DNA of 64,000 nt from an uncultured Pseudomonadota bacterium (GCA_949290295.1 CASERH010000003.1:650-64649); one strand, 5' to 3'; shown: positions 48,893-57,449, counted from the stretch's first letter. Translations and numbers: made by a program. Notes: generated from the sequence alone by a model not told the origin.

Positions 48893-50545
48893 ATGTTTGG
48901 AAAAAAGCCGGAAGCAAATAAGTCAAGAGCTTGGAAAAAGCTGGAAAAGCATTATAAAAAGATGCGCGATGTTGAGATGCGCGACCTATTTCGCAAAGAT
49001 CCTCAGAGAGCAGAGCGTTACACCATTAATCTTGATTCTATGATGTTGGATTATTCCAAAAACCGCATTACTGACAGGACTATGGCTTATTTGCTGATGT
49101 TGGCTAAAGAATCTAAGCTGGCCGAAAAAGTAGAGGCTATGTTTAAGGGAGATAAAATTAATTCAACCGAGAATAGGGCTGTTTTGCATGTTGCTTTGCG
49201 TAATCGCGAGAATTCTCCGATTTATGTGGATGGCAAGAATGTTATGCCGGAAATCAATGCCGTATTGGCTAAAATGCGCAAGTTTTCTGAAGATGTGCGT
49301 TTGGGAAAATTTGTTGGGCAAACAGGCAAAAAGTTAACCAATATCGTTAATATTGGTATCGGAGGCTCTGATTTGGGGCCGAAAATGGCAACGGAGGCTT
49401 TGCGCAAGTATTGGGGCAAAGATATCAAATGTTATTTTATCTCTAATATTGACGGAACGGCTTGCAGTGAGGTTTTGAATAAGGTTAATCCTGAAGAGAC
49501 GCTCTTTATTGTTTGTTCAAAGACTTTTACGACAATTGAGACACTCACCAATGCCAAAACCTGCCGCAAGTGGTTGGTTGATGCTTTGGGCGAGCATGCC
49601 GTGGCCAAGCATTTTGTGGCTGTTTCCACCAATGCCAAGGAAGTTGAGAAATTTGGCATTAACACTGAAAATATGTTTGAATTCTGGGATTTTGTCGGCG
49701 GGCGTTATTCTGTGTGGTCGGCCATCGGGCTATCTATTGCCATTGCCGTTGGAATGGATAATTTTGAGAAAATGTTGGATGGTGCTCACGAAATGGATAT
49801 GCATTTCAAATATACCGAATTTTCTAAGAATATTCCGGTTATCCTTGGCTTGCTTGGAGTTTGGTATAATGATTTCTTCCACTTCAACAACACGGCGGTT
49901 GTTCCCTATGATCAGTATTTGCAGTATGTTCCTGCTTATTTGCAGCAGTTGGTGATGGAAAGCAACGGAAAATTTGTCTCTAATGATGACACTTTCATTA
50001 AATATCAGACTTCTCCGGTTATATTCGGCGGGGCGGGGACAGATGTTCAGCACTCTTTCTTTCAGATGATTCACCAAGGAACATCTATTGTTCCGGTCGA
50101 TTTTATTGTTCCGGCTATTTCGCACAATGAAATCGGGGAGCATCATGAGATTTTGCTTGCTAATGTTTTGGCGCAAGGTGAGGCTTTGATGAAAGGAAAG
50201 ACCGTCAAAGAAGCCTATGATGAAATGCGCAGAGCCGGCAAACCCAAAGAAGAGGCTAAGAGACTTAAGAAATACAAGAGTTTTCCGGGAAATCGTCCTT
50301 CCAATACCATCATCTTTAAGAAAGTTGATCCCTATACGCTCGGAATGTTGATTGCCATGTATGAGCATAAGACTTTTGTTGAAGGTGTGATTTGGAATAT
50401 TGATTCCTTTGACCAAATGGGCGTTGAACTTGGTAAGCAGATGGCTTTGAGTATTTTGCCGGAGTTGCAAAATAATGCTTCAGGTATCAGCCACGATGCA
50501 TCTACTGCTAATTTGATTGCAACAATTCGTCGTTTGCGCAATTAA
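48893..50545 (+). CDS. pgi: Glucose-6-phosphate isomerase
   Basis: 550 aa; IGIGGSDLGP, GGRYSVWSAIG, VMESNGK motifs. Confidence 0.97.
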   Translation: MFGKKPEANKSRAWKKLEKHYKKMRDVEMRDLFRKDPQRAERYTINLDSMMLDYSKNRITDRTMAYLLMLAKESKLAEKVEAMFKGDKINSTENRAVLHVALRNRENSPIYVDGKNVMPEINAVLAKMRKFSEDVRLGKFVGQTGKKLTNIVNIGIGGSDLGPKMATEALRKYWGKDIKCYFISNIDGTACSEVLNKVNPEETLFIVCSKTFTTIETLTNAKTCRKWLVDALGEHAVAKHFVAVSTNAKEVEKFGINTENMFEFWDFVGGRYSVWSAIGLSIAIAVGMDNFEKMLDGAHEMDMHFKYTEFSKNIPVILGLLGVWYNDFFHFNNTAVVPYDQYLQYVPAYLQQLVMESNGKFVSNDDTFIKYQTSPVIFGGAGTDVQHSFFQMIHQGTSIVPVDFIVPAISHNEIGEHHEILLANVLAQGEALMKGKTVKEAYDEMRRAGKPKEEAKRLKKYKSFPGNRPSNTIIFKKVDPYTLGMLIAMYEHKTFVEGVIWNIDSFDQMGVELGKQMALSILPELQNNASGISHDASTANLIATIRRLRN

Positions 50546-50561
50546 TTATACCGAGAGACTA

Positions 50562-52382
50562 ATGCCGATTAGAATTCTGCCATCAAATCTTGTGAACCAG
50601 ATTGCCGCCGGAGAGGTGGTTGAGAGGCCGGCGTCTGTTGTCAAAGAGCTGGTGGAAAACTCCATAGATGCCGGCGCCACCAGTATTGAGGTGCGCTTGA
50701 ATGAAGGGGGTAAAACTTTAATTACCGTAACCGATAACGGCAAAGGGATGAGCAAGGAGGAGCTTGCTTTGGCTGTTGAACGCCATGCAACCTCCAAGTT
50801 GCCGGATGACAACCTTTTTAACATCAATTTTTTAGGTTTTCGAGGGGAGGCGTTGCCCTCTATTGCCTCAGTTGCCAGGCTTTCTATCATCAGCAGAATA
50901 AAAGATGCCGACAGTGCCTGGAAAATTGAGGTTAACGGCGGCCAAAAGTCTGAGGTTGTTCCCGCTGCGCAATCTCAAGGTACCAGAATCGAAGTGCGTG
51001 ATTTGTTTTTTGCCACGCCGGCTCGTTTGAAATTTTTGAAAACAGCTGCGCATGAGGCTGCTCAATGTTCGGATATTTTGCAAAGAATCGCTCTGGCTAA
51101 TCCTTCTATTGCTTTCAGCCTCTATGAAAATGATCGTAAAAAATTTTCTTTGCCGGCTTGCAACGGTGATTTGTTTGATGCCAGATTGGCCAGAATATCG
51201 GCTATTATGGGGCGCGAGTTTGGCGAAAATTCTATTCTTATCAGCGCAGAACGAGAAGGTGTTAAGATTAGCGGTTATATCTCCTTGCCGACACTTAATA
51301 AGGCAAATTCTCTTTCACAGTTTTTGTTTGTTAATAATCGGCCGGTGCGGGATAAATTGTTGCTTGGTGCCATCCGTGGTGCATATCAGGATGTTTTGGC
51401 TGCGGGCAGATATCCGCTTTGTGCATTGTTTTTTGATGTGGAGCCGCAACTTGTAGATGTAAACGTTCATCCGGCCAAAGCAGAGGTGCGTTTTTATGAT
51501 AATGCGTTGGTCAGAGGGCTATTGGTTTCATCCATCCGCAATGGGCTTAATCTTCATGCCAACAAGACTTCTAATGTTTTGAATCTGGAGCAACTTGTTA
51601 ACGATAAAATCCCCAATTTTCAAAGTCCTTTGTCGGAAGAGAATAGATTGGAAGAGAGTGTTTCTTTGGGAGAGTTTTTGCCGCGTCAGGCTATGAATTT
51701 TGCTTATCGGCCTCAGCCTAAACGTCAGGCAGAATTGCCGGAATTAGAGCATAAGTTTTCCATTAGGGTAGAGGATGTTCAGGATGAAATTTCGCGCAGT
51801 GATGTTGGACCTTTAGGCCTAGCAAAGGCGCAATTTCATGATACTTACATCATCTCACAAAGTGAAGACAGTATTATCATTACTGATCAGCATGCTGCCC
51901 ATGAGCGAATTGTAATGGAAAAACTCAAGGCAGGCCTGAACTCTGGCCATGTGGCTGCCCAAATGCTTCTTATTCCTGAGGTGGTTGATTTACCTGCGGC
52001 GGAGAAAACGAGAATTTTGGATGCTGCTGAGGATTTGGCAAAACTTGGACTCGTGCTAGAAGAATTTGGCACCACAGCGGTTATCGTGCGTGAAATTCCG
52101 GCACTTTTGGGGAATACGGATGTTAAAAAACTGGTTGAAGATGTTGCCGAGCAAATGGCAGAGTGGGGCAGTGGCTTTGAGTTAACCGAAAAACTCCATT
52201 TGGTTTGTGCGACAATTGCTTGCCATGGCTCGGTTAGAGCCGGTAGGCGCTTGAATGTTGAGGAAATGAACCAACTTCTGCGCGATATGGAGAAAACACC
52301 ACATTCGGGCCAATGCAATCATGGGCGTCCAACTTATGTGGAATTAAAAATTACAGATATTGCAAAATTGTTTGATAGGTAG
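50562..52382 (+). CDS. mutL: DNA mismatch repair protein MutL
   Basis: GHKL ATPase ELVENSIDAGA, DNGKGM; C-terminal dimerisation domain; start set to MPIRILPS. Confidence 0.96.
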   Translation: MPIRILPSNLVNQIAAGEVVERPASVVKELVENSIDAGATSIEVRLNEGGKTLITVTDNGKGMSKEELALAVERHATSKLPDDNLFNINFLGFRGEALPSIASVARLSIISRIKDADSAWKIEVNGGQKSEVVPAAQSQGTRIEVRDLFFATPARLKFLKTAAHEAAQCSDILQRIALANPSIAFSLYENDRKKFSLPACNGDLFDARLARISAIMGREFGENSILISAEREGVKISGYISLPTLNKANSLSQFLFVNNRPVRDKLLLGAIRGAYQDVLAAGRYPLCALFFDVEPQLVDVNVHPAKAEVRFYDNALVRGLLVSSIRNGLNLHANKTSNVLNLEQLVNDKIPNFQSPLSEENRLEESVSLGEFLPRQAMNFAYRPQPKRQAELPELEHKFSIRVEDVQDEISRSDVGPLGLAKAQFHDTYIISQSEDSIIITDQHAAHERIVMEKLKAGLNSGHVAAQMLLIPEVVDLPAAEKTRILDAAEDLAKLGLVLEEFGTTAVIVREIPALLGNTDVKKLVEDVAEQMAEWGSGFELTEKLHLVCATIACHGSVRAGRRLNVEEMNQLLRDMEKTPHSGQCNHGRPTYVELKITDIAKLFDR

Positions 52383-52395
52383 GGCAGGTGGTTAA

Positions 52396-53235
52396 ATGTT
52401 TGGCGCTGTTATTGGTGATATTGTTGGTTCAGTTTATGAATGGAATAATGTTAAATCTAAGGATTTTGATTTTTGGCCGTCTAATGCCCAGTTTACAGAT
52501 GATACAATACAAACCATGGCTTGTGCAGATTGGCTAATCAATGGCGGAAATCCAAGAGATTATCTGAAAAAATGGGGAAAAAGATATTGTAAGGGAGATG
52601 TGTTCGGACATAGTTTTTTTTCTCCCGGATTTATGAAGTGGTTGGAGGAAGATAATAATTATACTTATCACGCTCATACAAATGGAGCTGTAATGAGAAT
52701 AAGTCCTGTACCGTTTTTGAATAGAAATAATGATTATGCCTTAAAACAGGCAATGGAAATAACAAGTATAACACATGATCATGAAGATAGTTATAAAGCA
52801 GTTAATGCTTATGTAAAGACAATGTTGTGTTTATTTGATGGTGTTAGCACTGATAAAATAAGAAACAGGATAGAAAATGATTTTGGATATGATATGAATA
52901 GAAATGTTGATCAAATTAGATTAAATAATAATAAATTTTATTATTCTTGTGAGAAAACTGTTCCAGAAGCAATTATATGTGCGTTGGAAGCAACTGATTT
53001 TGAAGATGCAATTCGTAATGCAGTTTCTTTGGGTGGTGATAGTGATACACTTGCTTGTATGAGCGGAGCTTTGGCTGAAGCCCGTTTCGGAATTCCAGAG
53101 CAAATAGCTGAAAAAGCCATTACATATTTAGATAATAATGTAAAATTGATGTTAAAAAAAATGTATGATGTTGCGCCAAAATCAAAAGATTTTTTGAAAA
53201 TAAGATTAAACTTAAAGGATAATTGTAATGGGTAA
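52396..53235 (+). CDS. ADP-ribosylglycohydrolase family protein
   Basis: 279 aa; metal-site motifs GDIVGS, FTDDT, GGDSDTLACMSGAL; markedly AT-rich gene. Confidence 0.85.
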   Translation: MFGAVIGDIVGSVYEWNNVKSKDFDFWPSNAQFTDDTIQTMACADWLINGGNPRDYLKKWGKRYCKGDVFGHSFFSPGFMKWLEEDNNYTYHAHTNGAVMRISPVPFLNRNNDYALKQAMEITSITHDHEDSYKAVNAYVKTMLCLFDGVSTDKIRNRIENDFGYDMNRNVDQIRLNNNKFYYSCEKTVPEAIICALEATDFEDAIRNAVSLGGDSDTLACMSGALAEARFGIPEQIAEKAITYLDNNVKLMLKKMYDVAPKSKDFLKIRLNLKDNCNG

Positions 53236-54007
53236 TCAGCAACTTATTGAAGGGTTTGAGGCAGCCTTAATTGCCGGACTTATTACCGGGGTAGGTGGTT
53301 TTTGTATTTTCTTAAAAAAGAAATACCTGAAATCAGAAATTAATTTGTTGCTTAATGCCGCTGCGGGAATCATGCTGGCCGCGTCTTTTTTCTCCTTGCT
53401 GGTTCCGTCCATGCATGAGATTATAACTGAAGCCCAAAATATATATTTAAGTGCTTTTGAGTATGCCTTTGCTGTCTTTGTCGGCGTTTTGTTGGTGTGG
53501 ATTTTGAATATTGTTATTCCGCATGAACATAATTCCATGGGGCACCATGGACCACATTTTGATATCCGGAAGGCTTGGCTATTTATTATCGCCATTACTT
53601 TGCATAAGTTACCGGAAGGTTTGGCTGTGGGTGTGGCTTTCGGGGCTGAGGAGTTCGTTAATCCGCTTTCCTTGGTAATTGGAATTGCCGCTCATAATAT
53701 TCCGGAGGGGTTGACAATAGCCATTTCTTTGGTGGCAGCAGGAAATTCAAGGCTGCGCGCCGCTCTGACGGCTTGTGCTATCGGTTTGGTCCAGCCGTTG
53801 GGAGCAATTGTCGGTTTGTTCTTTATGGGAATCAGCTTCAATATTGTTCCTTATGGTATGGCTTTGGCCGGAGGAACACTCTTGTTTGTGGTAGTAAACG
53901 AGATTTTGCCGGAAACCTATGGTACCAAAGAAACAAGTCGCTCGGCAGCCGCCGTATTCTTGGGCTTTATCGCTATGACATATCTTACCATTGTCTTTGG
54001 TGAGTAG
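53228..54007 (+). CDS. ZIP family metal transporter (ZupT-like)
   Basis: 259 aa, about 8 TM; HKLPEGLAVG and HNIPEGL motifs; 8-nt overlap with the upstream gene. Confidence 0.88.
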   Translation: MGNQQLIEGFEAALIAGLITGVGGFCIFLKKKYLKSEINLLLNAAAGIMLAASFFSLLVPSMHEIITEAQNIYLSAFEYAFAVFVGVLLVWILNIVIPHEHNSMGHHGPHFDIRKAWLFIIAITLHKLPEGLAVGVAFGAEEFVNPLSLVIGIAAHNIPEGLTIAISLVAAGNSRLRAALTACAIGLVQPLGAIVGLFFMGISFNIVPYGMALAGGTLLFVVVNEILPETYGTKETSRSAAAVFLGFIAMTYLTIVFGE

Positions 54008-54089
54008 TTTATCTTTACTTGCTCTTTTTTTGAAAAAAGTTATTGACGATAACTTAAAGTTCGGATAAATATATCTGCGTTGCTTTGCT

Positions 54090-54177
54090 GGAGAGTTGGC
54101 AGAGTGGTAATGCAGCGGATTGCTAATCCGTCATCGTGAATAACGATGCACAGGTTCGAGTCCTGTACTCTCCGCCA
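54090..54177 (+). tRNA. tRNA-Ser (GCU)
   Basis: 88-nt class II cloverleaf, anticodon loop TTGCTAA, long variable arm, encoded CCA. Confidence 0.93.
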
Positions 54178-54181
54178 CTTC

Positions 54182-54212
54182 AAACCGCCTTCGAAAATCG
54201 AAGGCGGTTTTT
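54182..54212 (+). terminator. Intrinsic terminator of tRNA-Ser
   Basis: 12-bp stem AAACCGCCTTCG / CGAAGGCGGTTT with 5-nt loop, then TT. Confidence 0.8.
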
Positions 54213-54215
54213 GTA

Positions 54216-54244
54216 TTGACGTTTTTTCTTGAACTACATAATAT
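54216..54244 (+). promoter_or_regulatory. Candidate sigma70 promoter of a short unit preceding the three-gene operon
   Basis: TTGACG - 17 nt - TAATAT, near-consensus. Confidence 0.4.
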
Positions 54245-54331
54245 ATTATGTCGATAGCTCTGTTTGTGATGGAATTTGGCTTTTCTCTGTTTTTCTCTGT
54301 GAGTTTACCAGCCGGGGTCTTTTATAATTAA

Positions 54332-54360
54332 GCCTTAGCTTTTATATGCTAAGGTTTTTT
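54332..54360 (+). terminator. Terminator-like hairpin + T-run 22 nt upstream of the operon start (terminator or attenuator)
   Basis: GCCTTAGC / GCTAAGG(T) stem, 8-nt loop, then TTTTTT. Confidence 0.45.
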
Positions 54361-54381
54361 GATCATTGTTGGTGGTGAACC

Positions 54382-55623
54382 GTGCAAAAACGTAAAAAAT
54401 ATAAAACTTTTGAACAAACTAAAGGCGGAATTGTTTTTGTCAGAAACCATGCTAAAAGAGTGAAAATTGCTTTGGAGGTGGCTAAAAGATACCAAAAGCA
54501 ATGGGATTATCTTTTGTGGTTGGCTTCAGCAACTTCTTTGGATGTTGAGATTTATAAAAATAAAATTATTTCAAAAATTGAAAATGGAGCCAAAAGATGT
54601 AAGTTTTTTTCTTTTGAAGAAATATCTTTGCAGGATCAACCTTATTTGCAGCTTTATGATCTGGCATCTGAAAATAGGGTCTTTTGTGTGATCGATGATT
54701 GCCTGAATGTTAAAAACATGGCTTCAGGCAGAACAAAAAGGTTGCTTTCCATGCAGGCTAAATTTGATTTTAGGCTTTTGCTTTCTGAAAATCCGGTGTG
54801 CAGAGGATTGAGAGATGTTTATGCTTTGATGCAGTTTATGGATACTTCCATTTTGAATATGACGGAAACTCAGTTTTCTAATTTGTTTATGCCTTTTTAT
54901 ACTGATGATTTTGATGTTTCTAAGCGTTGGTCTAAGCCTAAATTTGAGCGCCAGGCCATGAAACTCTTAAGGCCATATGTTTTGTTTTGTGACTTGAGCG
55001 ATAATCTTAAAATTAATTATCATGAATATTGGTTTGATTTGACTGATAAAGAAAAAAAGGCTTATCAGGAGGATAAAGAACGTTTTTTGCAGGGAAAAAT
55101 GAGAGTGTTGTTTCTGCAGGCAATTCAAGAGTTTCAATATCTCTACACAATTTGCAGTGCAAAGGTTAAAAAATTGGCTGAATTGCTTAATGATTTTCAG
55201 CAAAAAGGTGAAAAGGTTATTATTTATACCAAATATTTGGGCGAAATTAAATTTTTAAGAGAATCAGGCCTGTTGAGGGGTAAAAAATATGTGATTATGT
55301 CGGGGATGAGTGACAGAAAAAAAGCTGCCCAGCGGTTTGAGGCTGATTATGATATTATGATTTGCACATATAAGGTTGAAATTTCAAGACTGGTCTTGAA
55401 AGGTTGTGCAAATTTGGTATACTTCTCTCAGACTTTTGACTATAAAGATAAGACTCGGGTGTTGTCTAGGTTTTATTGTGATGATGAGTTGTCCCTGAAT
55501 GTTTTTGATTTTTGGGTGAATACCAGATTAGAAACTTTGATGAAGGATAATCTGTCTCGCAAAAAAGAATTGTTGAAAAGTGTTTGTAAATTAATGTCTG
55601 CTGGCGAGGTTGACTGTTTATGA
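54382..55623 (+). CDS. SNF2-family helicase-like protein with degenerate catalytic motifs
   Basis: 413 aa, GTG start. SNF2 layout is recognisable: VIDDCLNVKN (DEAH box position), RLLLSENPVCRGLRDVYALMQFM (LTGTP-x-QN position), EKVIIYTKY (motif IV). Walker A, motif V and motif VI are not conserved. Confidence 0.65.
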   Translation: MQKRKKYKTFEQTKGGIVFVRNHAKRVKIALEVAKRYQKQWDYLLWLASATSLDVEIYKNKIISKIENGAKRCKFFSFEEISLQDQPYLQLYDLASENRVFCVIDDCLNVKNMASGRTKRLLSMQAKFDFRLLLSENPVCRGLRDVYALMQFMDTSILNMTETQFSNLFMPFYTDDFDVSKRWSKPKFERQAMKLLRPYVLFCDLSDNLKINYHEYWFDLTDKEKKAYQEDKERFLQGKMRVLFLQAIQEFQYLYTICSAKVKKLAELLNDFQQKGEKVIIYTKYLGEIKFLRESGLLRGKKYVIMSGMSDRKKAAQRFEADYDIMICTYKVEISRLVLKGCANLVYFSQTFDYKDKTRVLSRFYCDDELSLNVFDFWVNTRLETLMKDNLSRKKELLKSVCKLMSAGEVDCL

Positions 55624-56921
55624 AGATATATCATGATCAGAATGTTTATGATGCAACACAAGAAAGGCTTAAATTCGCTTTTGAGAATTTTGATAATATT
55701 TATGTTTCTTTCTCCGGAGGAAAAGACAGCGGTCTTTTGTTGAGTTTGGTTTTGGATTATAAACGCCGTCATAACATAAAGAAAAAAATAGGTGTTTTTC
55801 ATCAGGATTTTGAGGCGCAATACCAACTGACATCAGAATATGTTTCAAAAATGTTTGATGATAATATTGATGATATAGAGCCTTATTGGGTTTGCTTGCC
55901 GATGGGATCTCGTTGCGCGGTAAGTAATTATCAGATGTATTGGTATCCGTGGGATGATGAAAAAGAAGCTCTTTGGGTTAGGCCTATGCCGGACAAACCA
56001 TATATTATTAATTTAAAAAATAATCCGTTTGAGTTTTATCAATATAAAATGCCGCAGGAGGATTTGTATGCCGAGTTTGCAAAGTGGTATGCCAATCATC
56101 ATGAAGGTACAACCATTTGTATGGTCGGAATCAGGGCTGACGAATCTATTAATCGTTATCGTGCCTATGCCAATGTTCGTAAAACGTTGATGAAAAATTC
56201 TCAATGGACGACCCAACGGGCACCAAATCTTTATAATGCTTACCCGATTTATGATTGGACCACTAAAGATGTTTGGATTGCCAATGCTAAGCAAGGCTTT
56301 GAGTATAACAAAATTTATGACCTTTTTTATCGGGCCGGTGTGCCTATTAGCCAAATGCGGGTTTCCAGTCCTTACCATGAAACGGCAAAGGAAAGCCTTA
56401 ATCTTTATCGAGTGTTGGAGCCTGCCACCTGGGTTAAGGTTGTTTCTCGTGTTCATGGTGCTAATTTTGCTGCAATGTATGGCAATACCAAGCTTATGGG
56501 TGTGGGAAAGATAACTTTGCCAAAAGGGCATACCTGGCGCAGCTATGTTAAATTTTTGTTGGCTACTTTGCCAGATAATATCAGGCAAAACTATATTAAC
56601 AAGTTTAAAACCTCTATCCGTTTTTGGTGGAAAAAGGGGGGGGTTGTCAGCCCAGAGGCTATTGAAGAGTTGGAACAGTGCAATTATCATATTCTGAATA
56701 ATGGCAAGAGCAATTATCATTCGGTTAAAGATAGAATCAGATTTTTGGGAACGCCGGATGACACAGATGATATTAAATCCACGATTGACATTCCTTCTTG
56801 GAAGAGAATGGCTATTTGTATATTGAAAAACGATCATTTGTGCAAATATATGGGCTTTTCCCAGACTAAAAAACAAACTATGCGTGAGAAGGAATTGATT
56901 GAAAAGTATAAAAGTCTATAA
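55620..56921 (+). CDS. PP-loop PAPS-reductase-family enzyme with DUF3440-like C-terminal half (IbrA-like)
   Basis: 433 aa; PP-loop SFSGGKDS near the N-terminus; C-terminal MRVSSPYHE...LYRVLEPATWVKVVSRVHGANFAAMYG resembles DUF3440/IbrA as recalled; ATGA overlap with the upstream gene. Confidence 0.8.
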   Translation: MKIYHDQNVYDATQERLKFAFENFDNIYVSFSGGKDSGLLLSLVLDYKRRHNIKKKIGVFHQDFEAQYQLTSEYVSKMFDDNIDDIEPYWVCLPMGSRCAVSNYQMYWYPWDDEKEALWVRPMPDKPYIINLKNNPFEFYQYKMPQEDLYAEFAKWYANHHEGTTICMVGIRADESINRYRAYANVRKTLMKNSQWTTQRAPNLYNAYPIYDWTTKDVWIANAKQGFEYNKIYDLFYRAGVPISQMRVSSPYHETAKESLNLYRVLEPATWVKVVSRVHGANFAAMYGNTKLMGVGKITLPKGHTWRSYVKFLLATLPDNIRQNYINKFKTSIRFWWKKGGVVSPEAIEELEQCNYHILNNGKSNYHSVKDRIRFLGTPDDTDDIKSTIDIPSWKRMAICILKNDHLCKYMGFSQTKKQTMREKELIEKYKSL

Positions 56922-56930
56922 AAGGATATT

Positions 56931-57449
56931 ATGATGAAGAAATTTACCAGCCCTGTTTATAATGTTATAGCCGTTCCCGTAGAGAAGGTACGGGCTAACG
57001 ACTACAATCCAAACCGGGTGGCCCCGCCGGAAATGCGCCTTTTGGAGCTTTCTATTTGGGAAGATGGTTTCACCCAGCCGGTTGTGTGTTATTATGATAA
57101 AAATGCCGATGAATATATTGTGGTGGATGGTTTCCATCGTTATACCATTATGAAAACGAGCGAGCGTATTTATGCCAGAGAGAGAGGAATGCTGCCGGTG
57201 GTGGTTATTGATAAAGATTTGGGCGAAAGAATGGCTTCTACCATCAGGCATAACCGTGCCAGAGGGAGCCATAGTGTGGATCTGATGAGCAATATCGTGG
57301 CTGAGCTCTTGGAAATGGGCAAAAGCGATGGATGGATTTGTAAAAATATCGGAATGTCTGCCGATGAGCTCTTGCGTCTTAAACAAGTGACCGGGTTGGC
57401 CGCTCTGTTTAGGGATGAAGAATATTCTCACAGTTGGACCGTAAAATAA
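56931..57449 (+). CDS. ParB/Srx-domain protein (IbrB-like)
   Basis: 172 aa; RANDYNPNRVAPPEMRLLELSI...GFTQPVV...VVDGFHRY ParB N-terminal-type motifs; 9 nt after the PAPS-reductase gene, with an AAGGA RBS. Confidence 0.8.
   Translation: MMKKFTSPVYNVIAVPVEKVRANDYNPNRVAPPEMRLLELSIWEDGFTQPVVCYYDKNADEYIVVDGFHRYTIMKTSERIYARERGMLPVVVIDKDLGERMASTIRHNRARGSHSVDLMSNIVAELLEMGKSDGWICKNIGMSADELLRLKQVTGLAALFRDEEYSHSWTVK

Noticed and set aside
49730-50470. 246-aa minus-strand ORF inside pgi
   Set aside because: It is antisense to an unambiguous pgi.
54248-54331. 27-codon hydrophobic ORF (MSIALFVMEFGFSLFFSVSLPAGVFYN) as an annotated CDS
   Set aside because: It has no Shine-Dalgarno sequence. Its ATG lies 3 nt after the predicted -10, and it is below any length at which composition is informative. 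I keep it only as a hypothesis within a finding.
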